A stretch of DNA of 63,977 bases, filler included, from Octopus bimaculoides (GCF_001194135.2; 6 parts of 6 records of this genome joined end to end with filler, not necessarily neighbours in it), one strand, 5' to 3'. Shown: positions 12,683-26,621, counted from the whole stretch's first letter. Notes: a model not told the origin generated them from the sequence alone. A program made the numbers and translations.

Positions 12683-13771
12683 AGTCACCGTTATCGTCTA
12701 TTTTTTGCGTCCATCAATTTTATAATAATATCTGTCTCCAGAAGGATTCAAAATGTTCAATTGAGTTAGAATATTGTAAATGTTGTGCTATACACAATGC
12801 ATGTCTTTTCTATTCCATTAGTTTTCATCTGTTTCAACATACCTAGAAAATGTAGCTTAGAAGTGTTAGCTTAAGAAATATTGTCGAGCAATCAAGATAA
12901 TGGAAATGCAAATAAAATGTGGTTTAAACAGCAAACATGCGCATCTTGCTGTCATTACTATTGCTACCAATGTAACATACACAGCAACCACGACGACGTC
13001 AACAATAACAACAACAAGAGCAGCTATAACAACAATAATAATTTATTTCGCAAACAGGATTCATTTGCATATATACAGTAACGTGTTACAAATGGGTTTT
13101 AAAAATATGTTGGAAACTTCAAAGTAATCCATAAAAAGAGCAGAGGGGCAGATGAATGATCGTATCTATCAACATACCACCAATTACCTAAACTTAACGC
13201 AAAATATTTAGATAGGTAAGTTACACATACACATTCATGTCGGAAGATAAATATACACATAAAGTGTATTTTATTTCATATATATANNNNNNNNNNNNNN
13301 NNNNNNNNNNNNNNNNNNNNNNNNNNNNNNNNNNNNNNNNNNNNNNNNNNNNNNNNNNNNNNNNNNNNNNNNNNNNNNNNNNNNNNNNNNNNNNNNNNNN
13401 NNNNNNNNNNNNNNNNNNNNNNNNNNNNNNNNNNNNNNNNNNNNNNNNNNNNNNNNNNNNNNNNNNNNNNNNNNNNNNNNNNNNNNNATATATGTATGTA
13501 TGTATGTATACAAGCATGCGTGTGTGTATGTGTATAAATTATTTAGGTCGCTAGTTGCAATATAAAAACCAAAAGGCACAAATACAATCAGTATTAATGT
13601 GACTAAGAGATCAAGTCACAACCATGTTTGCTAGAAATAAAATTTAAAACAACACTTAGCCACAGGCAAAGCGCTTATCTATTAGTTGATACAGATTGTC
13701 TTTATGAATTTGCGCGGGGCAATTTAGAACGCCTCAGATTTCAATGAGGTGTGTTCGTTTTTCATACGGTA

Positions 13772-13828
13772 ATGTTTGCTGAGGATATTTGAGGAACTAG
13801 CCACAATTCGAAATCTTGATCCAAGTAT
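13772..13828 (+). ncRNA. Degenerate minimal type-I hammerhead ribozyme motif
   Basis: Stem I atgtttg/caagtat (7 bp including 2 G-U); core CTGAGGA 13779-13785; stem II tatttgagg/ccacaattc (6 of 9 pairs); GAAA 13810-13813; stem III ATC-tt-GAT; cleavage triplet ATC. Confidence 0.5.
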
Positions 13829-14551
13829 ATCCAAGTATATCCTACAGCTTTGCTCTGTGATGATTTTTGATAATATTGACTCATTTTCCCGACTTTTGTT
13901 GATGCAATGTGTATTTTCAGTGTAATTCTGTCATTTACTTCAGAGTCTAGCTCCTCTTTCTAGCAGGTAGGCGCCTCGTGTGCCCTCTATTTTAATTATA
14001 GTTAATTATAATTATAAATTTTATATAAATATATATATAGGGTAGTGCGATCTGAAAGATACAGGTGGAGGAAGTTAGTAAGCTTGACGCTCCATGCAGG
14101 TACCCAGGTGGTATAAATGAGAGAAAATGGACACTATACGATAATGACAGTTTAATAACCATCTTATGTTATACAATTCGTCCCATATTGAAATCAGTGG
14201 AAATTTCGATCAGCTGGCAGACACTGTTCATCTCTCATTTAGCAACTAAAATTGCGAAATATGGGAATACAAATCCGAGAATGTAAGAAGGTAAACATAG
14301 ACTAAATATATTTTATAGCCAAACGCTATGTGTTACATAATTGAAACAGTAGGCCTTAAAAGGATCTCCGCGAAATCCAGATGTATTCGATCAGAAATTA
14401 TAGCAGAAGGCCATATAGAGTTGAAATCAAGTAGGTAAAGGTAGATGTCTACATGAGGCGATGAATTACAGTACCAAATAAGTGCTGGTTCGATATAATA
14501 GACTCCACCCTACCCCCCAAATTACTGGGGTTGTATCAATATCATAAGGAG

Positions 14552-14591
<40 letters not shown>

Positions 14592-14935
14592 GTGTATGTA
14601 TATGTGTGTATGTATAGTTTAGGACAATCAGTAAAAGCGGTCATGACAGTACTCGGAGTTTCAAATGCCCGAGCTAAGAGCTACGATGCATTCTCATAAT
14701 CTGTTATTGGAAATAGACGCTATGAAGAACCGTTGAATAAAAGGGTAATTACTATAATATGTAGAAAAATATAAACGATAAAAAATGCATGCAACCATAT
14801 TCTCACAATACATACACATTAAACTTCGTGTGTTCATTACGTCTATATACGTACACACTCACACAAACATGTACTTGTACATACACACAGAGACATATAT
14901 GTGCATGTACGTACTTATACATATACACACACACG

Positions 14936-14978
<43 letters not shown>

Positions 14979-15803
14979 NNNNNNNNNNNNNNNNNNNNNN
15001 NNNNNNNNNNNNNNNNNNNNNNNNNNNNNNNNNNNNNNNNNNNNNNNNNNNNNNNNNNNNNNNNNNNNNNNNNNNNNNNNNNNNNNNNNNNNNNNNNNNN
15101 NNNNNNNNNNNNNNNNNNNNNNNNNNNNNNNNNNNNNNNNNNNNNNNNNNNNNNNNNNNNNNNNNNNNNNNNNNNNNNNNNNNNNNNNNNNNNNNNNNNN
15201 NNNNNNNNNNNNNNNNNNNNNNNNNNNNNNNNNNNNNNNNNNNNNNNNNNNNNNNNNNNNNNNNNNNNNNNNNNNNNNNNNNNNNNNNNNNNNNNNNNNN
15301 NNNNNNNNNNNNNNNNNNNNNNNNNNNNNNNNNNNNNNNNNNNNNNNNNNNNNNNNNNNNNNNNNNNNNNNNNNNNNNNNNNNNNNNNNNNNNNNNNNNN
15401 NNNNNNNNNNNNNNNNNNNNNNNNNNNNNNNNNNNNNNNNNNNNNNNNNNNNNNNNNNNNNNNNNNNNNGTGTGATGTGTGTTGTGTTGGGGTGGGGAGG
15501 CGAGAATGGGGGAAGGAAACGTGGGTCTAAGGAATGGGTGGGGTGGGATGACATGCATAGGGCTGGTAGGGTTGGAATTTGTGGGGTGGGCTAACGAGGG
15601 TGGGGGTGACGATGAAGGGAAGGGATGGAAGTTAGAAGGTGTGTAGGAGTGAAGAGAGGTAGTAGGTGCACGAGCAAGTGAGGAGAGGTCGGTGGGAGGA
15701 AGTAGGTGTGAGAGGAAGAGAGGAGAGAGGACGAGGTTTAGATGAAGAGGCGAGGAGAGCTGAGACCATGTGGTGCAAAGGAGTTGAAACCATGTGGTGC
15801 AAG

Positions 15804-15863
15804 AGAGAAGATTAATCCCTGCTCACAGTGAAGACGTGAGTCCGGATGGCCCCTGTGCAAGGA
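15804..15863 (+). pseudogene. Possible U6 snRNA fragment interrupted by ~31 nt
   Basis: agagaagatta (15804-15814) and atggcccctgtgcaagga (15846-15863, 1 mismatch) match consecutive parts of U6 (ACAGAGAAGAUUAGCAUGGCCCCUGCGCAAGGA, from memory). Confidence 0.4.
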
Positions 15864-15957
15864 CAATCCAAACATAGACATGTGTTGTAAAGAGTGACGG
15901 TAGATTGGAAATGGCGCAACACCGAGGTGTCGTTGCCGAGTCGGATGTCTCTGAGGT

Positions 15958-16070
15958 GTTCAGTTTCCGACTACCCAATCCACTCACAAAGCTTTGGTCG
16001 GCTCGAGGCTAGAGTAGGATACACGCAGTGGGACTGAACACGGAACCATGCTACTTACCACACATTCACT
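15958..16070 (-). mobile_element. SINE family A 5' part with internal deletions
   Basis: Reverse complement gtgtggtaagtagc..atggttccgtgttcagtcccactgcgtg..tagcctcgagccgaccaaagctttgtgagtgg..ggaaactgaa. Confidence 0.8.
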
Positions 16071-17655
16071 CTTGCGCCTATTTAATAATATATATACATG
16101 TGTGTATTTATGCATGCATGTATGTACGTATGTATGTATGTATGTACGGATGGATGTATGTATGTATGTATGCATGTATGTATGTATGTATGTATGGGAG
16201 GGTGGAGGAATGTGTATGTGATTAAATCGCGTTTGAACATTTACTTTCTTATCTTTATTTACTTCTCTGAAAGAAGTGCCTGTTCTTTCATTTGTCCACC
16301 CACTTCTATATATATATATATATATNNNNNNNNNNNNNNNNNNNNNNNNNNNNNNNNNNNNNNNNNNNNNNNNNNNNNNNNNNNNNNNNNNNNNNNNNNN
16401 NNNNNNNNNNNNNNNNNNNNNNNNNNNNNNNNNNNNNNNNNNNNNNNNNNNNNNNNNNNNNNNNNNNNNNNNNNNNNNNNNNNNNNNNNNNNNNNNNNNN
16501 NNNNNNNNNNNNNNNNNNNNNNNNNNNNNNNNNNNNNNNNNNNNNNNNNNNNNNNNNNNNNNNNNNNNNNNNNNNNNNNNNNNNNNNNNNNNNNNNNNNN
16601 NNNNNNNNNNNNNNNNNNNNNNNNNNNNNNNNNNNNNNNNNNNNNNNNNNNNNNNNNNNNNNNNNNNNNNNNNNNNNNNNNNNNNNNNNNNNNNNNNNNN
16701 NNNNNNNNNNNNNNNNNNNNNNNNNNNNNNNNNNNNNNNNNNNNNNNNNNNNNNNNNNNNNNNNNNNNNNNNNNNNNNNNNNNNNNNNNNNNNNNNNNNN
16801 NNNNNNNNNNNNNNNNNNNNNNNNNNNNNNNNNNNNNNNNNNNNNNNNNNNNNNNNNNNNNNNNNNNNNNNNNNNNNNNNNNNNNNNNNNNNNNNNNNNN
16901 NNNNNNNNNNNNNNNNNNNNNNNNNNNNNNNNNNNNNNNNNNNNNNNNNNNNNNNNNNNNNNNNNNNNNNNNNNNNNNNNNNNNNNNNNNNNNNNNNNNN
17001 NNNNNNTATATATATATAAACATATATATATGTATATATATGTATATATACATATCCCGAGCGTCATACTAATATATACTTTTGTTATTTACACCACCTG
17101 TCCTCGTCTGTTGTTATTTTTGTATATTCTCCCATATATAATACATATATAAACATATGTGTTATGTATGCCAACCTGTGTGCATGTGTATGTAATTCTA
17201 GAGCGTGTAAACGTTTACTTTCATATCTTTATTTACTTCTTTGAGGGCAATGAAACGCTGTTTAAGTGAGATAGAATATAGGCATTGCATGAAGGGATGA
17301 GGAGAAATAACAAATCTAAGGGGTTTGTACTTTGAAGTTTCAAACGAAGATAATGTATTCAGTGCCAGAAATGTCGGTGATAAAAGCTCGTTAAGGAGAG
17401 AAAATGAAATGATTGATCGTCAGATATAGGTTTTACTTTAAAGCAGCATAATAGGAGGAAAGCATCTAAATATTAACATATCTTAATATATGCAATAATA
17501 GAATAATACTAAGCTGCTGCCAACAGAATAAAAAATTCTATGCATGTATACGTTTATGTATATATGCATGCCTGTTTGTATGTACAAACGTATATGAATG
17601 CATGCATATACGTATGCATAGATAGGTATATGCACATATAAACATGTGCATATAA

Positions 17656-17700
<45 letters not shown>

Positions 17701-18814
17701 GCACACATATATATATATATTATGCATGTGTGTGTGTTTGTTTATGTACATATGATTATATTGATATTTATATGCTCATGTACGTATTCATATGTGCGTG
17801 TACCTTTGCTTATAATATTAAGCACTGAAACGCATACCTAGATATATGCATACTTGTCTTTTAATACTCACACAGTAAACTCAAAGTCTTCGGTTCAGTA
17901 CGAATAAAAGTTCAATTGAATATGTACAACCGAGTGAATAAAAAGTCCAGTCAGCGAATAGTGTGGAGGATAGTGAATGCCATATACTGAATGGTAACTA
18001 GGAAGAAAATAGTATTGAACGAAAAGTGTACATACTTTATCAAAGAAAATATATTTAGTACATGAAATGGGTAATGCTCCGAAATTGCTTTGTATTGTTT
18101 TGGCTCACCACAAGCTAAAACTAAAGTCATTTAGTTGAAGCAATGAGAACGCGATGTGTAATAGTGTCAAACAGAAGCACAGTTTAGTCTATCTGCCTAT
18201 AGATATTCAAGTATCCGTCTCTGAACAAAGAGGTCTTTCCTTACTGTGGACAAACCTTTCAACTGTCGTTTAGTTTTTTCAAATCCCCTTTAACCTCTAT
18301 TCCAGAGTGAATTAGAGTAAGCATTAACATAATACCACTATATCTGAATATTCATGTTCAAATGGTTTTCTGTGAAAAGAGATGTTTCTTCCTTAGCGTG
18401 TTCATCGTACATCTACTCTTGAATGGTAATTGTCATTTAGATCGTTTAAATCTCCGTTATCTTATTCTCCAGTGAGTGGCTTTACATATCGGAAGCCCTG
18501 TCCTAATAGACAACTGATTAACATATTGATTTTGTCTCTATCAACCTATCAACAAAGAGAAGACAGTTCACTGATAGTGAGAACTGCTACCAAAGATACC
18601 CTAGTGCATTCCATGGTATAATTTTGTTAAAAATAAGTCTTACTTGTGCTGTTACTGCATAACTCTCTCTGAGAGATTTAGAAAAGTAATATTTCTGTTT
18701 TTGTAGATCAGTGAATGTTTTTGACTTGGAATTCTATAAGTTTTCGACAGCAGATTGGCAGCGACATCTAACAAGGACACGCCTTTTTCGTCTGCGATAT
18801 GGTGTTATTTTCAG

Positions 18815-18874
18815 TTATTACCTGCGGATACTGGCTTTGCTGGGTGGAGGTGCTTATCTCCCCTGCTCGAAAAG
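18815..18874 (+). CDS. Candidate 60-nt internal exon, product unknown
   Basis: ggtgttattttcag| acceptor and AAG|gtaagg donor; all three frames open (frame 0 LLPADTGFAGWRCLSPLLEK). No homology recognised; could be repeat-derived. Confidence 0.3.
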
Positions 18875-19058
18875 GTAAGGACACAGAACCCTTGCATCGC
18901 ATAGCTACCTGGAAATCATGTTTCTCGAGGCTAGATAGCAGTAACATTCTTACCTTTCCTGGGACTGCCACATTAATTTGTCAACAAGCCATCACTTTAT
19001 CGTGCTGTTACTGCTTCCTGCAAAGCTCTCATAACTCTCTGAGATTTAGAAATGTAAT

Positions 19059-19105
<47 letters not shown>

Positions 19106-19499
19106 TATATATATATAAGAAATCTATTTACATGTTTTAGCAAGAATACATGTAAATCTTTGCACCAGTTTGGCGTATAATAATATTACTGGTGTTTATG
19201 TTTGTGTGTGTGCGTGTGTGTGTGTGTGCGTGTGTGTGTGTGCGTGTGTGTGTGTGCGCATATGTGAGCACGCGCGCGCGCGTGAAACGTCATGATATAT
19301 GTAAATGTTGGATAAGCATTGAGATATCTGTAAATGTATGGTTTGAGAAGGTGGGTAGTGTATGAGAGTAGGTACGTTTTTATGCAGAACATGTCAGATT
19401 AATAATACATATTAATGCCATGAAAGAAATTTGTGTCAAGTGGAATATCAATATGGGTGCGGTTGATAGGGTTAAGACATATGAAGCGTGTAGTAAAGG

Positions 19500-20760
19500 A
19501 GCCATTTTCAGAACGTCGGCCACATTACAGTTATAATTTAAGGAGAGAGAGATATCATGCAATGATGGCTGAATAGATGGAAAGGAAATGTGGATTGCAA
19601 AAATATGGTGAGGTGTGGTGATAAGGCGGATACCATGTAGGAACGGGACAGATAGCAGTGGAATAAGTAGCGTATCATGTACGGATGAGGCAGAATTGCA
19701 TGTAGCAGATGGTGGGAGTGATGTAGGAAGTTTCGCGAAGAAGCAACGAAAGGGATTCGGTGGCTTATATAACCGACTAAGACAAAGATGTTAAAGGAAA
19801 TTGACAAATGTGGTAGATATGTAGTGAATTATATAGCAAAGAGAGAAAAATCAACGTATCTAATAGATGCGAGCTATATGTGTGTTGGTGACGTGGTGCC
19901 TATATAGCTTTCATTGTAGGAGTTGCATATTACTGTCGAAATAGTTTCTCGTAAGAGTCGTATAGCACAGTGGAACAGGAGAGTAAGTGTATTGAAATTG
20001 GGTTTAGTTGGGTAGTTGAAAAAATGTCGAAGATTAGAAGAATATAAGGGATTTAATGTCCAGAGTAAAAAATAATTGAAAGACGTGAGGTGGTAGGAGA
20101 ACCTATGTAGATAAATGACTTAATTGAAGTCATGCGATAGGATGCTGAAAATTTTCCCGCTTTAAAGTTGTCGCGAAAGGCTTGGTGAAAGGCCCAAACT
20201 TCTGAGTTCTTTTACAGGGCTTAAGAAAAACTGAAGGACGCTACAATGAGTGTTATTCTGCGAGAGGAGTAAGTTGAATAAAATTATAATTAACAGATCC
20301 ATTTATTCTTTTAAATAAAGCCAGGAATTTTTCAGCACTCTTCGTGATGGGATGGATTCTCATTTGGATGAAATATACTAGTATTTAGATAGGATTTTAG
20401 CTCAGCAGCGGCATATAAATTGGATGGGCAACTAAAAGATTTAGCCTTATTGAACTTGGGTAAGGTGTAGATGTTGTGGATATCTAGAAAGCAATGATGA
20501 TATTAAAAAAACATGTCACAGAATGGAAAGGAGATATCAGTTTGCGTACATTGGTAGATTCCTGGAGTTAGATAATGGTGTAAGGGAGTGGAGTAAAGGA
20601 GTGATGTTTAGAAATTTTTTTTTTCACGCTGGTGAGGCAGATACCACTCAGGAAATTTGGGCTTCAATCAAGAGTGAGAACGGGACAGTGAGCAGTGGTC
20701 TACCTAGCATATCATATACGGAAGGAGGCAGAATTGCATGTAGCAATTTTATAAAAAATA
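19500..20760 (-). mobile_element. Very old LINE (L2/CR1-like) RT remnant, partly duplicated
   Basis: Weak RT-like residues only. The segment gggacag..gcagtgg..gaggcagaattgcatgtagca occurs twice (~19645-19710 and ~20682-20745). Confidence 0.3.
20133..20347. mobile_element. Mariner-derived MITE
   Basis: Imperfect TIRs gcgataggatgctgaaaattttcccgcttt and aaagccaggaatttttcagcactcttcgtga; interior resembles a mariner 5' end (ttattcaac..tccttcagtttttcttaagccctgtaaagaactc on the minus strand). Confidence 0.7.
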
Positions 20761-22932
20761 GAGCTATTTTATAAAAAGGACGTTAAGGGTTTGCCGAAAT
20801 GAATAGTATTCCTACCGCTCAAATCACCAAATCACTAAAGCACGCACTTTTCAGCCGATTTCGCATTGGTGTTTTGAAATCAATCAGTGTTGTTCAAGCC
20901 CTGGGAAGCAATTGTGCTGCTGGTTTCAACTAACTGTTATAAAAGAAAGCAAGCAACATCACTAAGGGTCAATTCATATCGCATGCTCCATTTGGTCTCG
21001 AGATGAAGTGAAATGTACGAATCAGAAGCTTCTACTCGAAAGCGGATGCTCAACTTCAGAGAATGCACTTAATGTTTTTCTAAGTATATCGAATATATTT
21101 ATTGGTATTATGATTTTAAAAAAACCCAGCAAATTTGTGCCACCAGCTGGACGGTTCCAGTTGTTGGTACACATTAGTTTGACTGATCATAATATGCTCT
21201 GCGCTAAGTAGACCACCACACCCACCATCAACAACAACAATATAGTACTCTGAAAAGTGGATAGGCGTTAGGAATTTGCGACGTCCATTTCTTATCAATT
21301 GCTGTATTAAATAAAATCAATAAGATATATGATAGTAGCAATGGAAACAAATTTTCTAAATGTTTATTCTCGTGAGGTAGCAATAGGTATTATAAGTGTA
21401 GGAATTAGGGGAGAACGTCGCCTGCGAATAATAAATGATAGAATTTTCTCATATGGCTCTACAATAACTGTGCTACAATAAACACATAGTCTATTGATTT
21501 ATTTTCTTTTTTATAAAGTTATTATTTATTACTTACATACAGCTAAGTCTCGTTCTGTTCCATCTCATCTCTTTATAAAAACATTTTCTCCTGATATCAG
21601 CCAAGACAAACTTAGAATTAAAATGAATGAAAAATGTTGATATGTATTTTTTTTTATTAATCCATAGAGTCATTCGCATCACAACAGGAGAGAGCGAATA
21701 AACACTCCAATATTTGGCATTTACGACCAGAAAGATGTGTTCTTTCATTTTAATATAAATTCCAGATTTCAACAATTACGAATTCCATTCGAACTGAGTT
21801 TTCCGTTTGTTCAACTCATAGAATTTTCTGTTCAATGAATTTTGCACACTGGTTCAGTCACGTTAGGTCTATGCGGCACTGCAGAAGATTTCTATTCTCA
21901 TTCATTTCAGCATTGTGCGCTTCATATCTTCTTTCAACGTAGTTCCTAGACAGAGGATATCACTTGTCAGACCTTGTTAAAGATGTGAGATGGTGCTGTT
22001 TTCATTATTTGTCACCGCGGATAGCTGGATTCGGCCTAAAGACAATGCCAACTGTTCGAAACGATTCACAAGTCAGAAATTCTCGATCGTGCAGTACTGT
22101 TTCGTCACCTTTAGTGCATGCAGCCAGTTCCACCTTTTGTACATGCGGCTTGTTTCATGCCTCCAGACTTTATCCCTACCATTTGTGCCCCTTCGTATGA
22201 TTTCTGGAAATTTTCCATTTTAGTTCTTGGCCCGAAAGTACCCCGAAACCGCCCAAACCCAATTCATATTACCTCATGGGCAATGTATGCATTGTTTGAG
22301 AGTGAGTGTCTAACGACATTCCAGACGTAAAGTTGTATGTGCCCCGATTATTCTGCGAACAAATCTGGAGGGTCTATTCTTTATTAGTTTATTAAGATTT
22401 AGTACTGTGCCATTTCATGCTATTATTTTGGCCAAAATATATTTTCCGAATATATGGACCAGCCCCGATTTAGAGATTATGGAGGAAACACTTCACATGC
22501 ATCACAGTCCACCAAGGGACCACATGATTGCAAAGCAAACGTCTCGAACACACGTTCGTTCTCTCTGCTATGATTTGAAAAGGCCAACATTTGTGACAAT
22601 TTAACCACTGGTGACATTAGAACTTATTTTAATATATTCGGATGATTATCAAATATATCCTCGAGCTTTATGTATGCGATATTGGCATTTGGTACAAAAA
22701 TACTGGTCGTGATTATCACGTCATCATATCATTCAACGTTGTCAGGGCTATAGCATTTAATGTGCCCTCCGTTTAATACCGGAGAGTATATTTAGAGAGA
22801 AATTTTCATGCTAATTCTAGCGGGTCGTGCTCTCCATACTCCAGTTATGCCGTACTTTCCTGTTTTTCCCTGAATGTATTGTAGTCATTTAGGCAGGGCA
22901 TGAAATTCGGTTGAATCGAACATATTTTGTTT

Positions 22933-23001
22933 ACGGTGTTTGTTTATAGACACGGTGTTTGTTTATAGACACGGTGTTTGTTTATAGACACGGTGTTTGT
23001 T
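22933..23001 (+). repeat. 19-bp perfect tandem repeat (acggtgtttgtttatagac) x3.6
   Basis: Units start at 22933, 22952, 22971 and partial at 22990. Confidence 0.95.
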
Positions 23002-23307
23002 CTACCAAGATGAAGGACTGAAACTGGTCTCTGGGGAGCTTTACTATCACTATGAATGCAATTTAATACTCATATAAATTAAATGTATATAAACCTCATG
23101 AAGATGCTATCTTTAAACGAAAGATATGTAAATATAATGGAAGAGAATGAATATGTGTGTCACCTATATCTGCGTGGGTGTCGATGTGAGCGTATGTATG
23201 ACTATATTTATCTAAAAGTTCGTGTGTGTGTGTGTGTGTGTAACTGTCTCACTCTCTCCTCTCTCTATCTCTATCTCAGTCTGTCTATATATATATTTAC
23301 ACACCTA

Positions 23308-23354
<47 letters not shown>

Positions 23355-23825
23355 GCACACAAGTACGCTTATATATACGTATTGTTGTAAATGTACACAC
23401 AATCGTACGTATGNNNNNNNNNNGTGAGCGCGCGGGGGAGAAAGAAAAAGCAGAAAGAGAGAGAGAGAGTGAGAGAGAGAGAGTGAGAGAGAGAGAGTGA
23501 GAGAGAGAGAGCGAGAGAGAGAGAGTGAGAGAGAGAGATAGAGAGAGAGTGGGTGACAGAGCCAGAAACAGAAATTGTATGAGTTTCTTTTGCAAGTCTG
23601 TTGTTGGTGATGGGTGTCAGTTGTTTTAATATAGTTATTCATTTCCAATATCAGTCAGGATTACTACTCGAACTGTAAACAAGGAGATATATTCAATCAG
23701 CCAGACATTGAGTCCTATATTCTTTCAATCCTACAAGATAAAAATTCCGATCAGTTCTCCTCCTCAAACATATTCCATTAGTCAGATTACGCTTAATTCA
23801 ATAAAATGCAAAAAGATATATATAT

Positions 23826-23858
<33 letters not shown>

Positions 23859-24619
23859 AAGCTGCATGATTTTCGCTCAGTTCTTTTTCCATAGAATTTT
23901 CTTTTATATTTTATTTCACCATTTTCTGAAGATTTTTATACATAATTTTATTATAATCATTTTATTATTTTTTCTGTGTTTATTCGTTTTAGTTCGTTTT
24001 TCATTTTCTAAATTAATTATATTTTCACTAAAGCCAACGGAATATACCTAAATGAAATAATATATAATTTATAATATAAATATCACCTTCAATGTGCACA
24101 CAGCGGTTGGATAGAAGCGTTGGAATAATATGGCTGTCATCTTATTATGTACTGCAAATGTATGCGTCTGAAGTTACATATATTTATACATATGTATACG
24201 TTAATATATATATATATATATATATATANNNNNNNNNNNNNNNNNNNNNNNNNNNNNNNNNNNNNNNNNNNNNNNNNNNNNNNNNNNNNNNNNNNNNNNN
24301 NNNNNNNNNNNNNNNNNNNNNNNNNNNNNNNNNNNNNNNNNNNNNNNNNNNNNNNNNNNNNNNNNNNNNNNNNNNNNNNNNNNNNNNNNNNNNNNNNNNN
24401 NNNNNNNNNNNNNNNNNNNNNNNNNNNNNNNNNNNNNNNNNNNNNNNNNNNNNNNNNNNNNNNNNNNNNNNNNNNNNNNNNNNNNNNNNNNNNNNNNNNN
24501 NNNNNNNNNNNNNNNNNNNNNNNNNNNNNNNNNNNNNNNNNNNNNNNNNNNNNNNNNNNNNNNNNNNNNNNNNNNNNNNNNNNNNNNNNNNNNNNNNNNN
24601 NNNNNNNNNNNNNNNNNNN

Positions 24620-24650
<31 letters not shown>

Positions 24651-24843
24651 CACACACACATAAAGGTGTTGATTCTTATGCGTAGATAGCTAAGAAAATA
24701 AAAGTTTGGACAGATTATCATGCATATCGATCGACACATGCGCACTACACACAATCACATACTCTTTTGTGTGTGGGGGAATACACACACACACACATAC
24801 ACACACACACACACACATATTAGCATTTCATCGTATATATATC

Positions 24844-24874
<31 letters not shown>

Positions 24875-25899
24875 GTATATTAGTATCTTACTGCATGTTG
24901 CGTCATTATTTAGACAATACATGCTGCCTGTGGTTTCGAAAACTGACTGCGCAGCACGATACGTATTAAAAAGAGATACACACGCATACACTCTCATGCA
25001 CTCATGCACTCATGCACTCATGCCTATTCACTCTGATAATACACGTTTTGTAGTTTTTCAGAAACTCAAGTAAGACTCAAATTCAAGGGCTACTAAGTAA
25101 CACGTCAATAACTAACTAAGAAAATAAAATGTTTCCAGTGTGTGTCGTTGACGCAAAGCGATGTAACTGATTTATGAAAGCTAATACTAGCATTTTCCCG
25201 AAATACATTTCCAGCCTGGACAATAACGGTTATGAAATTCCACCCTGTGTTTTAAGTGCTCGGCTATTCAGTGTTCGTGATATCTCAGTATGGAGGTACT
25301 TCGTGTTTAGTCTTCTTTAAGTTAAACGGAGTGGTTCATGTATTTTTGTTATGTCAATGATATTTTTGAAATGCCCCTGAGCCTGGTGGGAGAGAAGGAT
25401 GTAGGATGATGTGCTCAAGTAGGAAATCTGTTCGGAATAGCTGCAACAGATTGTACTAGAGATTCACAATGTATCCAAAAATGATGGTGACCTATGTTAT
25501 AGATTAAGTGTACCGCCCAAATTGGTAACGATACAGTTTGAACTGACAATGCAAGAATAATTAATTAATACAGTGAAATATCTAGTCTTACACATACTAT
25601 TTCACCAACATACTGCCGTGGATTTGGGCTGTCTTGTCAATCGCAAAAGCAAGACAGACACAGCAGAACGCGGCATAACGTGAAAGAGCAAATACCACAA
25701 GGCATTTTATTCGATGCTCTATCGAATCACCAAATTTAGTTGCAAGATTTAAAAGACAAGTGACGATTTCCCCCAAATCGATCTGCATGTTATTTTTTAA
25801 TCCTAATATTCTTCAGACTTACACGTATTTCAAATCTATACTTACTCGTAATAGGTCTAATTTGCATATATTCTGACCTTCTAGCACCGATAGTCACAA

Positions 25900-26350
25900 T
25901 CACACAGATTTTCCATATAGCAACAATCACCTACAATCTATTGAAGTTCTCCTTACACACTGCCCTGCGACACCACACAAGATATTACCGGCCTCGTTTT
26001 CACAATGCCTAAAAGCCTGTATCCATAGCCAATTCTATAACTTTCTCCTCAATACACACTGCACTAATCCTACAATTATCCACCTACTTTGGGCGCATTC
26101 TTTTCTATGGTTTATGCATTGATACAATTTCCTTCCATTGTCCTGTATTTTTTTCATATACGCATTTTATTACCACAGTATTATCAGTAATTTGAGTGTC
26201 GGAAAAATACTTTGGCTATATCGTCTACCTCTCTACGTTGCCTTTTCAAATCCTAACGCTGCCAACATTGCCTTTCTTTTTACGACTGTCGAAAGTATAA
26301 AGTAGCAGCTAAGTTCTGGAGTTGATGTTATCTACTACTTCATAATTTTG
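25900..26350 (-). mobile_element. Highly decayed RTE-like reverse transcriptase remnant
   Basis: Minus strand retains a GV.QGSV-like piece (ggtgtcgcagggcagtgt) and spacing like the ..WALRKLGVEEWLV..MY region; many stops. Confidence 0.3.
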
Positions 26351-26472
26351 CCTGGGGCTACTGGACAGAACATACAAAACAGGCAAGTAAATGCTTTGCG
26401 AGGGAATTGTTATATGGTAAATTAGTGAAAGACCCTTTTATATATAATACACACACACACACACACACACTC

Positions 26473-26572
26473 NNNNNNNNNNNNNNNNNNNNNNNNNNNN
26501 NNNNNNNNNNNNNNNNTTAATTAATTAANNNNNNNNNNNNNNNNNNNNNNNNNNNNNNNNNNNNNNNNNNNN
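26473..26572. other. Assembly spacer N44-TTAATTAATTAA-N44
   Basis: Exactly 100 bp with stops in all six frames; identical spacers at 41922, 57141, 59227 and 62066. Confidence 0.95.
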
Positions 26573-26621
26573 TTTTAGGAAAGTGGGTTATACATCAGTA
26601 GATGTACACCTAACTTTCCTA

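Noticed and set aside
22420-22610. WTSPDL similarity to the Tc1 SPDLNP motif
   Set aside because: Single weak motif, no TIRs found.
25755-25823. Minus-strand CTGAAGA..GAAA..GTC with a 6-bp stem I
   Set aside because: No pairable stem II and no viable stem III; likely chance.
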